Shown in pieces: positions 26,401-37,710 of a stretch of 64,000 nucleotides of DNA. This stretch comes from Lingula anatina. Lineage: Eukaryota > Animalia > Brachiopoda. Both the position numbers and the translations under genes were made by a program. The notes under the pieces are model-generated. The model searched no databases, was not told where the DNA came from, and saw only the letters and a list, made by a program, of their open reading frames with translations. The DNA lies in the NCBI GenBank assembly GCA_051362555.1, contig CM120647.1, positions 12,996,651-13,060,650 on the forward strand. The letters are read 5' to 3'. How positions within the stretch are numbered: the stretch's first letter is position 1; every line of letters starts with the position of its first letter.

Positions 26401-27827
26401 CTGAGCTTGTTTGGAAAGAAATAAACGGACCCCTTAAAAGTATCACATGGTAAATAATCATTCCTGTCTGTGGCCCACCAGCTTATAGACACATATTCTA
26501 AATTTTCAGGCAGGTTTATTTTCAAAATTGGGAGCTCTAACCGAAAATTATGTGGAGCACTTCGATTTGTTTGGGGGGTTGGGCTTACATACGAGTATTT
26601 AGCTGGTTCTAAAGGAAGCTTTGGACGGCCATACCAAAAAGAGTTTGATGGAATATCTTGAGGTGTCACCAAACTCGTGCGATAAATATTGTTGTCCACT
26701 CTAAAAAGTGTTAGGTTTGTATTTATCATTAGATCACGAAATATTTTATCGAAACCAATTTCCTGTATTCCATTTTCCAAACCAAATAAAAGGTTGTTGC
26801 CAGACAAATCTACATATTCTAAATGAGGCAGAAACTTAAAATTTTGAAGGTCAATCGCTTCTATTCTATTGCGTATTAATTCCAATGTCTTAAGTGATGT
26901 GTGTTTCAAACACTGAAAAGTATTAGCAGACACAATCCACTGTGGAACATTTGGTTTCCAATTTCGCCATCCGAATATGTGGTACATGTGAAGAACTTCA
27001 ATTGACGTATTGTTCAGGTCACATATGAACTTCTCGGCCTCTGTGACTGACATAAAGTTGGCATATTCTATGTCCAATACTTTCAGATGTGGAAATGAAG
27101 ACAATGTGCCATATTCTACGGTGTCCAGTCCACAGCTAATGAAAGCTAATCGTTCGATAGGACAGTTTTTCAACATGGCAAAAGTGTGCTTTCTTATGTT
27201 TGTTACAGATCCAACTCCATGAAACACGACTGTTTTCAGTGAAGTAAGATTGTTGTATCCGCGACCAAATGGTGTATCTCCATCTGTTAGACTTGGAAAG
27301 GTCACCTGTTGCAATTTATGTAAAGGAGCTAAGGTTTGGTCTAAATAGCCTTGTTGAATCTGTGCACTGCTGCTCATTCTTCCGAACATCAGAATTTTTA
27401 ACGAGATTAAATCACGAAACAAGTTCGTGGGGAATGCTTCATAATCGAAGTGCATGTCCGGATGCAGTGGAGACAAATCTAAGAGTTCCAAATTCCATAA
27501 ACCTGCAAAACTATCCTCGTGAAAGTGTTTTATGTTGTTCCCTCCGACATACAGTGCTTTCAGACCCTCCAGTTGGCTAAATGCGTGTGGTGGTATCTCA
27601 GACAGACCGGTGTAACGTAGATCCAGTACAGTTGTATTAAGTGGTATAGGTATCTCCAGAGGAAGGGCACGGAGTCGGCTGTAAGAGCAGTTGACTATCT
27701 CCTGTGACAAGGACGTAAAATCACAGTGACATGGCGCCGGGCACCTCTGAGCCTTGAAACCTCCACTACTAACAATGAAATTCATCAAACACCACAGATA
27801 CAGAATAAAGTAACCTTTTCCTGGCAT
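23437..27827 (-). CDS. Toll-like receptor, ~899 aa (signal peptide, LRRNT, LRRs, LRRCT, TM, TIR). Exons: 27827-25651 and 23959-23437
   Basis: The 726-aa ORF has CPAPCHC (LRRNT), LxxLxLxxN repeats, NPMDCNVC (LRRCT) and a TM helix. Donor GTGAGT at 25650 (phase 2) joins acceptor TATAG|A at 23959, giving RWHIK-YHFFLLRR and a TIR domain (IDQRNFIGG, AVENSRKTVLVLSESY, WCEFEF, YIKWTEDPDGQRLFWKRL). Confidence 0.93.
24160..25249. mobile_element. Non-autonomous CACTA/EnSpm-like (CMC) DNA transposon with CACTG termini
   Basis: TIR CACTGAGAATAAAATTGGAGTC / GACTCCGATTTTATTCTCAGTG, repeated subterminal ggagtca-tttgactcc motifs, and 2 extra bp relative to the empty site in the TLR exon (TA...TC). Confidence 0.8.
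24883..24954 (+). mobile_element. tRNA-derived SINE head or tRNA pseudogene nested in the CACTG element
   Basis: A box TGGCCTAGTGG, B box GGTTCGAACCC and an anticodon-like arm, but the acceptor stem (GACCGCA / CGGGGAC) has three mismatches. Confidence 0.75.
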
Positions 27828-28572
27828 CGTGGACGTTTCGGTTATCGGGATTCTGGGCTACCTTTTTGCGAGTAAGGATCGAATGATTCACATACAAAAA
27901 AAATTTACTAAACAGCCACTCATGCAGTCATATTCTATAACTCCCAATGAAACTCTCCTCTTAAGATAGGGCCAAATTATGGCGACGGGCTTTTTTTATA
28001 GGCATTTATATATTTATGGACTACATAAACATTTATCTAAGCTTACACATTGTATTACTCTTCTACTTTGGTTGTGAATTTGACGAGGATTATACACGAA
28101 CAATTAACTAAATGTAGTACTTTCTCTGGGTCTTTTATCCAATATGTTTTTCTTCCTGGTTTTGAAGAGATCGGTTGACATTTTTAAAAGAAAATTCAAT
28201 ATGTTTATACATGTACAGACTTATTAAAAGCGTTTAGCGTGTAGAATCAACACCGTGTTCCCATTGCGCTCCTTTATGTTCACAACCACAAGTCACGATC
28301 TCACGCGTATGGAACACCGTGCCCCTTTAATACCTTGCAAAATGACGTTTTTTAACATTTGCTGAAACCAGAACGCATTGATGAAAATGAAGAATGTGAG
28401 AAAAAAAAGATAAGCACCCTTCCCCCCAAGTTCATCAGGAAGCTTTTTTTTCTATATACTTCTACATATTAAAATTTATGTAAATCAAATAACTTATGCT
28501 CTCACACAACTGTACCAGACCCTCTCCCTCGACACCTGAGTGTGTACAATTCTTTTGTTTGCCAACAGCTGT

Positions 28573-28583
28573 GGGGAATTCCC
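28573..28583. promoter_or_regulatory. NF-kB-like site GGGGAATTCCC upstream of the TLR, with a CCAAT box (gattgg, ~28605)
   Basis: Consensus kB match ~750 bp 5' of the TLR ATG; the same module recurs at 22309-22370. Confidence 0.55.
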
Positions 28584-28844
28584 TCTTCATCCACCGAACT
28601 TTTTGATTGGACAGTCTTTGTTGAGGTGAAACAACGTAAGTGTATTGTCTCTTGAATGAAGGCAAAATCATTTAGTGTAGGGATATTTTCTACTATATTT
28701 TTTTACGAATTAATGTTCTATTTATTTCTCATCAAATACGAAATACAGTATTGGTAACCCGGAAAAACACATATTACAATCGATGTAAGGTAGCTTTTGT
28801 TTCGTCTAAATAACCTTTTTGCATCTGTGTTGCATTAAATCATG

Positions 28845-29220
28845 GAATAAGTTCACGGGGAACGTTTCATTATCAAAATGTGTGTCCGGATGAAGTGGAG
28901 ACAATTCCATGTGTTTCAAAGTTCATAAACCTCCAAAGCTATCCTCATGAAAGTGTTTTATGTTGTTGAATCCTGCATATACTGCTTTCAGATTTCAAAT
29001 ATAGTGCCTTCTCTTGGTAATAACATCCCCAATATGTTTTTCTTCCTGCTTTTGGTACAGAAACATTTCTTAAAAGAAAAATAAAAAGGTCTGTACAGGC
29101 TTTAAAGTAGGGGATAGCCCGTAGAATTAACCCCGTGTTTTTATGGCGCTCTTTTCTGTGCACTTGTACCACAAATCGGAACCCCTGGAGTATGGAACAC
29201 CACGCCTCCTTATTATCTGC
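28845..29220 (-). pseudogene. Relic of a TLR paralog 5' region
   Basis: 28845-28992 aligns to TLR coding 27418-27564 (tccggatg.agtggagaca, ctatcctc.tgaaagtgttttatgttgtt); ~29005-29220 aligns to upstream non-coding ~28120-28330. Confidence 0.8.
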
Positions 29221-29471
29221 AATGATGTGCGTTTCAAACACCGAAAAAGGTGGAGAATTCGCCAATAATCTGAAAAATGTTATACCTCTTAAGCTTTAAT
29301 TGTCCAATTTTAATTTTACTCGCAATTAGTACAAGGGCAAGTGGTTTTTAAGGATTAATACTCAGCAGATGCAAAAACACTTTTAACTTTATAAAAAATG
29401 TAAAATATTGAGTCATGGTAGCAGTATGCATTTATTTTTTTAGTATTTACACAGCATTCAAAGAAGTGGAA

Positions 29472-29999
29472 TTTCTCTGAATTTGTGCATTTTGTATGTG
29501 ATATGTTTATTATATATACTTTAATGCTTTGTATTGTTTTTCTGTGTCATATCATCCATTTCGAATGAATGTAAGTTTTTTGAAGCATTATTATTGGTCT
29601 AAGGTGAGAAAGCTCGATTATTTCAAACCAGGAAAAATTATCAATCAAATGATAAAACCATTACTATAAAAAATACTGTCTCTCATTCTTGAAGCCCTCT
29701 TGATTATTACCAATAGTCACCAGTTATTGGAGTTTAAGATTATAATGTATTAGAATTAGATTCTAATGTATTATGAACTGTTTGCCATTTGAGCATGGTC
29801 TTCTTTATTTATCTGGAAATTCAGAGATTCAGAGATTTTCTTGCTGCATTTATGCCCCAATTTGTGAAGTTTTGAAAAGGAAGATGATTGCCGTTTGAGG
29901 ATTGCCATGTGAGGTTTAAAAATGTCAAGTCTGCTTCGTGGCAGCATTTTCTTTGAAATAAACACAGACGTTAAAATTGATAGTAAAAATTACTGACCT

Positions 30000-30043
<44 letters not shown>

Positions 30044-30424
30044 AATTTCCAATGAAATTTGATATTGTAAGAAACTGTCACAGCATTTTAAAACAGTGTC
30101 AGTAGTGTACTAGCAAAAGTTATTTTGTCTGTTACAAGTTCAATAGCAAACATATGGGATGTTCATGAGTAGCTTTTTTCTTATCAGTAAAAACAATTTG
30201 CATATCATATCTCATATTTCATCTATCTTTCTTTTCAAATTTCAGGAGTTTCATATAAGTAGAATAAGTATGAAATGAAAATAAAATATATATATATTAG
30301 ATCAAATAGTAGTATGTTTCTGTTTTAGAAAAGGTCATCTTAAAATTTCAAGTGGGAATTATTTGGGGTGTCAGTCACATAACTATCTTGACCATATTTT
30401 CATATTTTAATCACACATCTATGA
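29472..30424 (+). repeat. Right copy of the ~950 bp direct duplication, with an expanded poly(A) run at 30001-30040
   Basis: Aligns to 20357-21303. Confidence 0.92.
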
Positions 30425-31211
30425 TATATCTCATTGCACTATTTTATAAATAATGAACAGTAATGTTTTAAAAATTCTAAAATATAGAATTAAATTATTT
30501 TCATTTGACATGTCGAACAATTTTATGATATTAATTGGTGAAAGGAACCACAAAATTTGCACATAATTTTGGTTTTGCATTTCATGACCTGTTCATTCTT
30601 AACCTTGTAAGGCTACAGTAACTTTTTTCCAAGGAAATAGATAAATATAGGCCATGCCACAGAGAAGACAAAGTATCCATAAAAATATGTATAACAGATT
30701 GCAGATATTCTTAAATAATCCTAGGAAGAAATCTTCGACTAGTAAAAGGAGGTTTCACCTAACACCTCAAATTGTCTTTAATCTTAAGTAACCATCATAA
30801 TAACATAAGATGGTTCAGATGATATTCATGTAACTCAACCTCTTAGAGTAATGCCAACTTGAAATTGAACTTCCAACTTGAACAAATGTGGCATTTGGAC
30901 AGAAAAGTTTTGCAGATAGAACTGGACAAGATTCACTAATAGGCACATTCTCTGTAAAGAAAAAACGGTGACGTTTCTGTTCAAAACCAACACCTAAAGC
31001 TGATGAAATATGTAAAACTATACTACCTTTTATGTTTGAAATACGTTTACCAACTCAAAATTTTTTCAGGAGAAAAATAACATGGATTGATCATCATCAA
31101 TCATTTCCATATGGTGACAATGACACAGAAACCACTGACAAAACTAGGTTAAAATGACCCAAAAATAAAAAATAGGTGAACATGACCCAGTTTTTAGCAT
31201 CAATCCACCAA

Positions 31212-34095
31212 TCACGGTTTGTTTAGCATCACCATGCACATGAAGTCCTCATAACTAATTTGAATATTTCCAGTTCCAGTAGTGTCCCTGGCCCTGAAGT
31301 TGTCTGTCAGAGATCTGAGGAGGACACATGATTGGATGAAATTGTCCAAGGTCAAGGCCCTTCGTGCATGGACGTCATATTTGGTGACGATTAATTGAGC
31401 GAACTGTGGCGATAAACGAAATCCCATTTCAGTGAATGCTGCAATAAGATAAAATCATATTTAAATATTTCTTGAATCATGAGAAACACCTGCTCACTAA
31501 AAGGCTCTATTGATCTGTGGACTTACTTATCTGTGGATCAAATATGGCCAACCCACTTGAAAGCTTGCTATAATTTATTGCTCTGCTCCTGTTAGTTTCA
31601 AATTTATCTTAGAGCTTGTTTGTTTCATATGTAAGAAAACATTTCTAGAAAAATAATTAATTATATATTTTCAATAACTTTTACCAATAATACCAACTGT
31701 AAAACAGCTCACCGTTATGCAACTCATTAAACTCTATAGATCCAGATCTGTCTCTGTCGTATCTGTCAAAGACTCCCTTCCACTGGTGTATGTAATTCCA
31801 CAGGGCCTGGAACTCATTCAGATCTATATGGCCGCTGTGATCCCTATCAAACATACCTGGAAATAGGATACAAATTGCACAATAAACAAAGAAAATAGTC
31901 AGTGTTAGAAATGAACGCTGGAACGTCTGTCCGGGGCTGACAACTTTCAGAACGGACTGAGAAGTTTTTCCACCTGGCAGGCATTCGAGCCAGCTACTTT
32001 TCAAGATGGCTGAACTTTCGGTCCTGCAACTAGTTTTCCTAAGAGGAAACAGTGAATACAGTGTTATTCTAGGATCAGAGAAGTGATACTACCTTCAGGG
32101 TAGGTACCACCAGAGTTATCAATAGGTTACAGTTTTCAAAGAGATCTACCCACCTATCATGAGCCTACAAGTTTCAGCATTAAAGTGGCTCCAGTTAGCA
32201 TTGGTCAGGGCCTGCTGCAACTCTGTGACTGTGATTCTGCCAGATCTGTCAGCATCCACTGTGGTGAACCAGTGGTATACCTGGGGGTCTATCCCTGGGG
32301 GTGGGGCACCATACCCTGGAATTAGAGTTAGAAAATACTGTAAACCAGTGATACACCTGGGGGTCTATCCCTGGGGGTGGGGCACCATAGCCTGGAATTA
32401 GAGTTAGAACATTCTGTGAACCAGTGATACACCTGGGGGTCTATCCCTGGGGGTGGGGCACCATACCCTGGAATTAGAGTTAAAACATTCATACACTGTG
32501 GTAAACCAGTGGTACACCTGGGGGTCTATCCCTGGGGGTGGGGCACCATACCCTGGAATTAGAGTTAAAACATACATATACATGTACTGTGGTGAACCAG
32601 TGGTACACCTGGGGGTCTATCCCTGGGGGTGGGGCACCATACCCTGGAATTAGAGTTAAAACATACATATATGGTGGTGAACCAGTGGAACACATAGGAT
32701 TGTATCGATTGGCTTTGTTTCTGGGGGTTTATCCCTGGGGTAAATTCTATAGTCTAGCCACCTATCACAGGGCGGATCCAGAGATATTTTCTGACAGTCT
32801 TCCAAATTATCTTTCAAATTGTTGATCCATCCTCCATTTTTTGACCATCTTCCAACAGTAAAAAAATAGATACCCATCATGTAAACTTGAAAATCTGCTG
32901 TCTTCCGGAAGACCCACAAGACAGCCTCAATATGCCCCTGTGTCATTAAAAGTGAATACGCCTCATACACACTGCATATATACTTTGGTCTCACTGAGAT
33001 ACATTTTAAGCCATTTTGCAGGGAGGGGGGGGGGGGGCGGTGAATGTTTAATCAATATGCATTTCACTTCAACTAAAAACATCAGCCTTACCTGGTTGTT
33101 GATAACCACCATACCCAGGCTGTGGGGCTCCGTAGGGTTGCCCTGGGGGTGGGGCTCCGTAGGGTTGCCCTGGGGGTGGAGCGCCATAGCCCTGAGTATA
33201 AGGGAACATAAATAATGCATTTAAAATAAATCACATCAATAGATATTAACAATGAAATACAAATGATTGATTTTTTCATACTGATAAAGACAAAGTCATA
33301 ATATATTTTACACAATTAATTACATAAAGCTAGAATACCACTACATAATTTTAAGGGTTTAAACTCACCCGGTAAAACTGTTTGGTTGACAAGATTTATA
33401 GATGTGATTAATTGATTTTTCAGTATTGTAGGGTAAGCCAGTTAGCACACTTACAGTATCTCCCCCCCCCCCCTCAAACCTATAAGTCTTTAATTTTCAA
33501 TGTTAATCAAAAAGAAGTTATGTGGTGACTTTGATCAATGTATCTTTTTTTTCTTTTTAAATTAAATCTTCAAGCTCTTGCAGCAAATTTCCATCCAAGG
33601 GATATCCTAGGCCCTCATAACATTTGTATGGCGCAAAAACATCGTTAATTAGTAAATTAATTACCTAACTAATTACTCTGAATAGCGGAAACATTGCACA
33701 AAGTCACAGCACAAAAATAATTCAGAGAAATTCAAAGTTATATCAAGATGGAGGAAATACAAGTGCCAGTCAGTCTACTCGCAAGTTGGTACCAATCTAG
33801 ATTTTAGTCTTAAGAGCAGTTGTAAAAGGGAAACAAAGGGAGAGGCACAGCAAGGGTGTGTCACTGAGAAAGTGAGAGAGTGTAGATGGCGGAAGTGACT
33901 GTGTCCAAAGTTGTAGCACAGACTCTGTCACCGTCTTGAACTCTTCCCTGGCAGAAATTTCAATTTTCTCTGTTTTCTTTTTGAATCTGACAGTTTGCAT
34001 TTAAACCGCACACAACTAATGGGAATAGTGTTCCTTCAAAATACCTGTGCAGGTTGCCCGTATCCATAGCCGCCAGGTGGGGGATAGCCTGCCAT
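31212..34095 (-). CDS. PEF1: Peflin-like penta-EF-hand protein, ~227 aa. Exons: 34095-34045, 33191-33092, 32315-32154, 31856-31713, 31438-31212
   Basis: Gly/Pro/Tyr-rich N-terminus (MAGYPPPGGYGYGQPAQGYGAPPPGQPYGAPP) followed by EF hands (VDADRSGRITVTELQQAL, NWSHFNAETCRLMIGMFDRDHSGHIDLNEF, YDRDRSGSIEFNEL, DNFIQSCVLL, ISYEDFMCM). Phases are consistent. Peflin is favoured over PDCD6/ALG-2 by the long YGAPPP N-terminus. Confidence 0.85.
31900..32054. mobile_element. MITE family D with CAGTGTT...AACACTG termini (hAT-like); second copy at 41563-41721
   Basis: Two ~155 bp copies share ccagctacttttcaagatggctg.actttcggtcc; the 8-bp flanks are imperfectly duplicated. Confidence 0.8.
32258..32690 (-). 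repeat. Five ~75-90 bp tandem copies of the PEF1 exon 3 acceptor plus first ~55 exon nt
   Basis: Unit (minus strand) taactctaattccag|ggtatggtgccccacccccagggatagacccccaggt..accactgg, with acceptors near 32316, 32392, 32468, 32553 and 32644. Confidence 0.95.
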
Positions 34096-34316
34096 ATTGG
34101 ATCTCGAATAATCACGCGTGTAAAGTTCAATCTCGCAGGAGTCACATGACACATCGTACGACCCAAGTTTCAAAATGGTGGCATGACACACATTGAGTCA
34201 TACCGCTCTGATTAAAGTTTATCATAAAAATTAACGAAAATTCTGCGGTTAAGTGACTGGACCAAGATAAAAACGATCTGTTTCATGACTGGCGGAAGGC
34301 AGCCAATACAGGAATT
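34096..34316. promoter_or_regulatory. Probable bidirectional promoter for PEF1 and NPC1, with CLEAR/M-box-like GTCACATGAC (34141-34150) and AP-1-like TGAGTCA (34194-34200)
   Basis: Only 221 bp separate the two divergent ATGs. Confidence 0.65.
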
Positions 34317-37087
34317 ATGAAGAACGTGATGTACCTAGCTGTCGCGCTGTTTTTTATTTATAATTTTGAGGTGGGTTTGGTCGATTTTATTGTTTTGTTG
34401 CTAAGAATCAATTTTTATATAAGGTATTGTTGAGATTCAGTCAAAAATGTTATGAATTATCATAAAGATCTTATTACTTTCTTGAATTAAGCCCATACTA
34501 GTAATTTTTGCCTTGCTACATTTCAATTGATCTTAAATGTTTAAGGTTATCAAATGCCCTAACATTGTGTTTGGCTGTTTTAAGTACAATTATTTATATT
34601 TCAGAGATAATTGACAGTTGAATCAGAATCACAATCGCTTATTTAAGATTATGAATTAAAAAAAAAACATGCATTTCATTTTAAAACCAGGTGAAAATGA
34701 GTAATATGTAACTTCACCTGTAATATGATATTCATGTACTGGTAGCTGTACTTTGTACAGTACTTGGATGTTGCTGACTTTGAAAGCATTATTTGGTGTC
34801 ACACAGACCCCACACCATGTTTTCAAACTAATTCACTAAATGGCAGTCTCATCACTGGTTAAACAAGAAATGATAAGGATTAAAGGCCACTTTTTCAGAT
34901 TCTTAGACCTAACCTGTAGGTATCACAAATGGCCTGTAGGCTGCAATGTAGCTTTACACACCAATGATACATTGAATAATGATGCACGTCAATATGCTGA
35001 CAGGAAAGCATCTTCAAACATGCCATTGCCCTGTGAACACAATTGATAAATACATCGTAAATAAAACAAAAATATTTGCCTGGTTTGATGATTATGTTAT
35101 TCTGATTTGGCATAATGATGAATCGTCCTTAAAGAGCTGTCAGGAACAAGATTAAGAACAAATGTGATTACAGTAACTGTAAACCATGGGTCCAGTAGCC
35201 CAAGTGGTAAAATTAAAGGGATAATAACTCTTCGTATGAGATCTATATTTCACAATAAAAACATTGTGAACAACTCATAAAAATATAATGTATTCTGTTT
35301 TACCGCAAAAATGTCAGTTATAGCTATTATTCTGATATTTGAGCTTGTCTTTAGACCAGAATGTTATTATGCAGTATGTTTTCCCCTTGAAAAAGTTTAT
35401 AAACCATGAAACCATGGAGAAAAATCATCAACCCACTCAGAAACTAATGCCATAGAATTTATTATGAGACCTATTTTTTAGGTTGATCACTGCAAGAGAC
35501 TGCAAGAGACATATTTTACAGCACTAAAGAAATGTCACTGACTATTCACATATTAGTAAAAAAGCGATACCTTGTGACTTTGGTTCAAGCAGTGCATTTA
35601 TTTTGTTGCTCACAAGGGATGTGTTATCAGTTGATTACGCCTTGAAAAGGACAACAATGTCATGAATTTAAAATTTATTACAGAGAAAACCTGTGTTATC
35701 TTTAAACAAAAATAAGTGTTCAGTCTCACTTGATTGAATAAATTATATTGTCAATTGTGATGTCAGACCAGGAATTAAAGCAATATGTATGATGGTCTTT
35801 GAGAAATAAGTACAATGTAACTGAACGTCAAAAAAAAAAAAAAAAAAAAAAATGCTGGCAATATAACAAGAATATCATATTTATTACATAAGTAGCTGTT
35901 ACAAAACACCAGCAAGTACAAATACACAGTGATTCATATTAGTGAAATAAAAAAAAGAAGAAAATATATATATATATAATTTAAAAAAATTTTTTTTTAA
36001 ATATAATATATTAAAAAATATTTGATATAAGGTCTCATGTTGAAATGAGTAACCTTGATATACATAAGTCTTCTGGTTCAGTCAGTACACTTTTCACTGC
36101 GCTGGATACTTTGGACTTTGTTCCCATTATACATAATGTGAAGTTCTATATTTAAAGGGCATCTGCTCAGCTGTTGTTAATGGTTAAACTTCACAGTAAA
36201 GCTCTGACCCAATAATGATGTTGTTGACACAGTTTCCTTTCTTAATTGTTTGTGACGAGATGCAGGGTCACATGGGCCCAAGCACCCCCCCCCCATCCCC
36301 CCCGAAATATTTCAGACTGAGTGCTGCTTAGTAAGGTTATTTTGGTGGTGACAATGGGTAAGGAAGGGGAAAGTGGGGGGGGGGGGGGGGGTGACAGTAT
36401 TGAATACAGGGGTAACACTGGGTTTTATCTACAAAGCAGTTGATATTTCATTTGACATTACATTATCTCATTTATCATATGATACACAATAGGTTAACTC
36501 TTATTGAAGGAACTACGTAATGGCTATCTTTTTGTGTCTGTGATTTCAGTATTTGAGTTCATTCAAGTGCAATTCTTACCCCATGGTGTTAGCATTTCAC
36601 CTTTGCCTGTGAGCTTGTGTAAAGCAGCTTAAACTTTGACCCCATTCCCACAGATTTTAGATTGATCTATCCCTGTGGGGAGTCTCATTAGATTACTGTC
36701 AACTTAGCCGGCTCAAATGTCTGTCCCGCCTACTAAAAGCTGTAAGAGGGTAATTAACTACCGTGCGCGCTCGGCTGACAGCAATTTAGCGTGAATCCCC
36801 AGGGAGTTAGGTCGATCTAGATGGATCGATCTAAATCTATGGGAATGCACTCTTTGACCTACTTTTGCCATTATATTTTTCAGTATAACATTGTTGGAGT
36901 TGTGGTATATTTTTTCCCTCACAACAGAAAAAGCATTAACTTTTCAAATAATATTAACAAGTATAACAAGCAATACCAAACAGGTTTTCATCCCGGATCT
37001 ACCCACTTTTATGTGACATAAAAATTGATTCAGTTGTGACTGACAGTCTAAGTTTACTGTCAGTGAAAAGATGTGTGTCCATGTGCA

Positions 37088-37156
<69 letters not shown>

Positions 37157-37656
37157 ATGGACTTGCCTGGCAATATTTTTGAGTAAAAAGTTAATAAACA
37201 GATAAATAGATACATATAAATAAACAAAAATACAACTCACAAAAAGAAGAATATACAGATAATTTTGTTTACAGAAACATTTCCCAATTATTTCAGACTG
37301 TGTCCTCAGCGAACCACTGTGTTTGGTATGGAGAGAAGACATTAGACTCTGGAAAGATCCTGAATCCATTTTATAATGGAACGGCAAAGCCTCTACTGAA
37401 TGAAAGTGCCAAAGCTATCTTGAAAGAGCTTTGTCCACACATGGTAACAGGTAAAAACTGACTAACAATTTTACCAATTTTACTAATATTCAGTTGCTAA
37501 CCATTTTACAGTACTATGGGTCTGCCTACCATTGCTTTATATAATTATAAATTTGACTAATTTACAATTTTTAAAAATTATTTAACATTGCTCTTTTGTG
37601 TCAATGATTCTTCTGCTGTAATTTCTTCCATAAAATGTCACATTTTAATTTTTTGA

Positions 37657-37710
<54 letters not shown>

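Noticed and set aside
30001-30040. Poly(A) tail of a retrocopy
   Set aside because: It aligns to a short A-rich tract in the other repeat copy (~20915), so simple expansion explains it.
20357-30424. LTR retrotransposon carrying the TLR
   Set aside because: No clear TG...CA ends, primer-binding site, gag/pol remnants or short TSD, and the TLR retains an intron.
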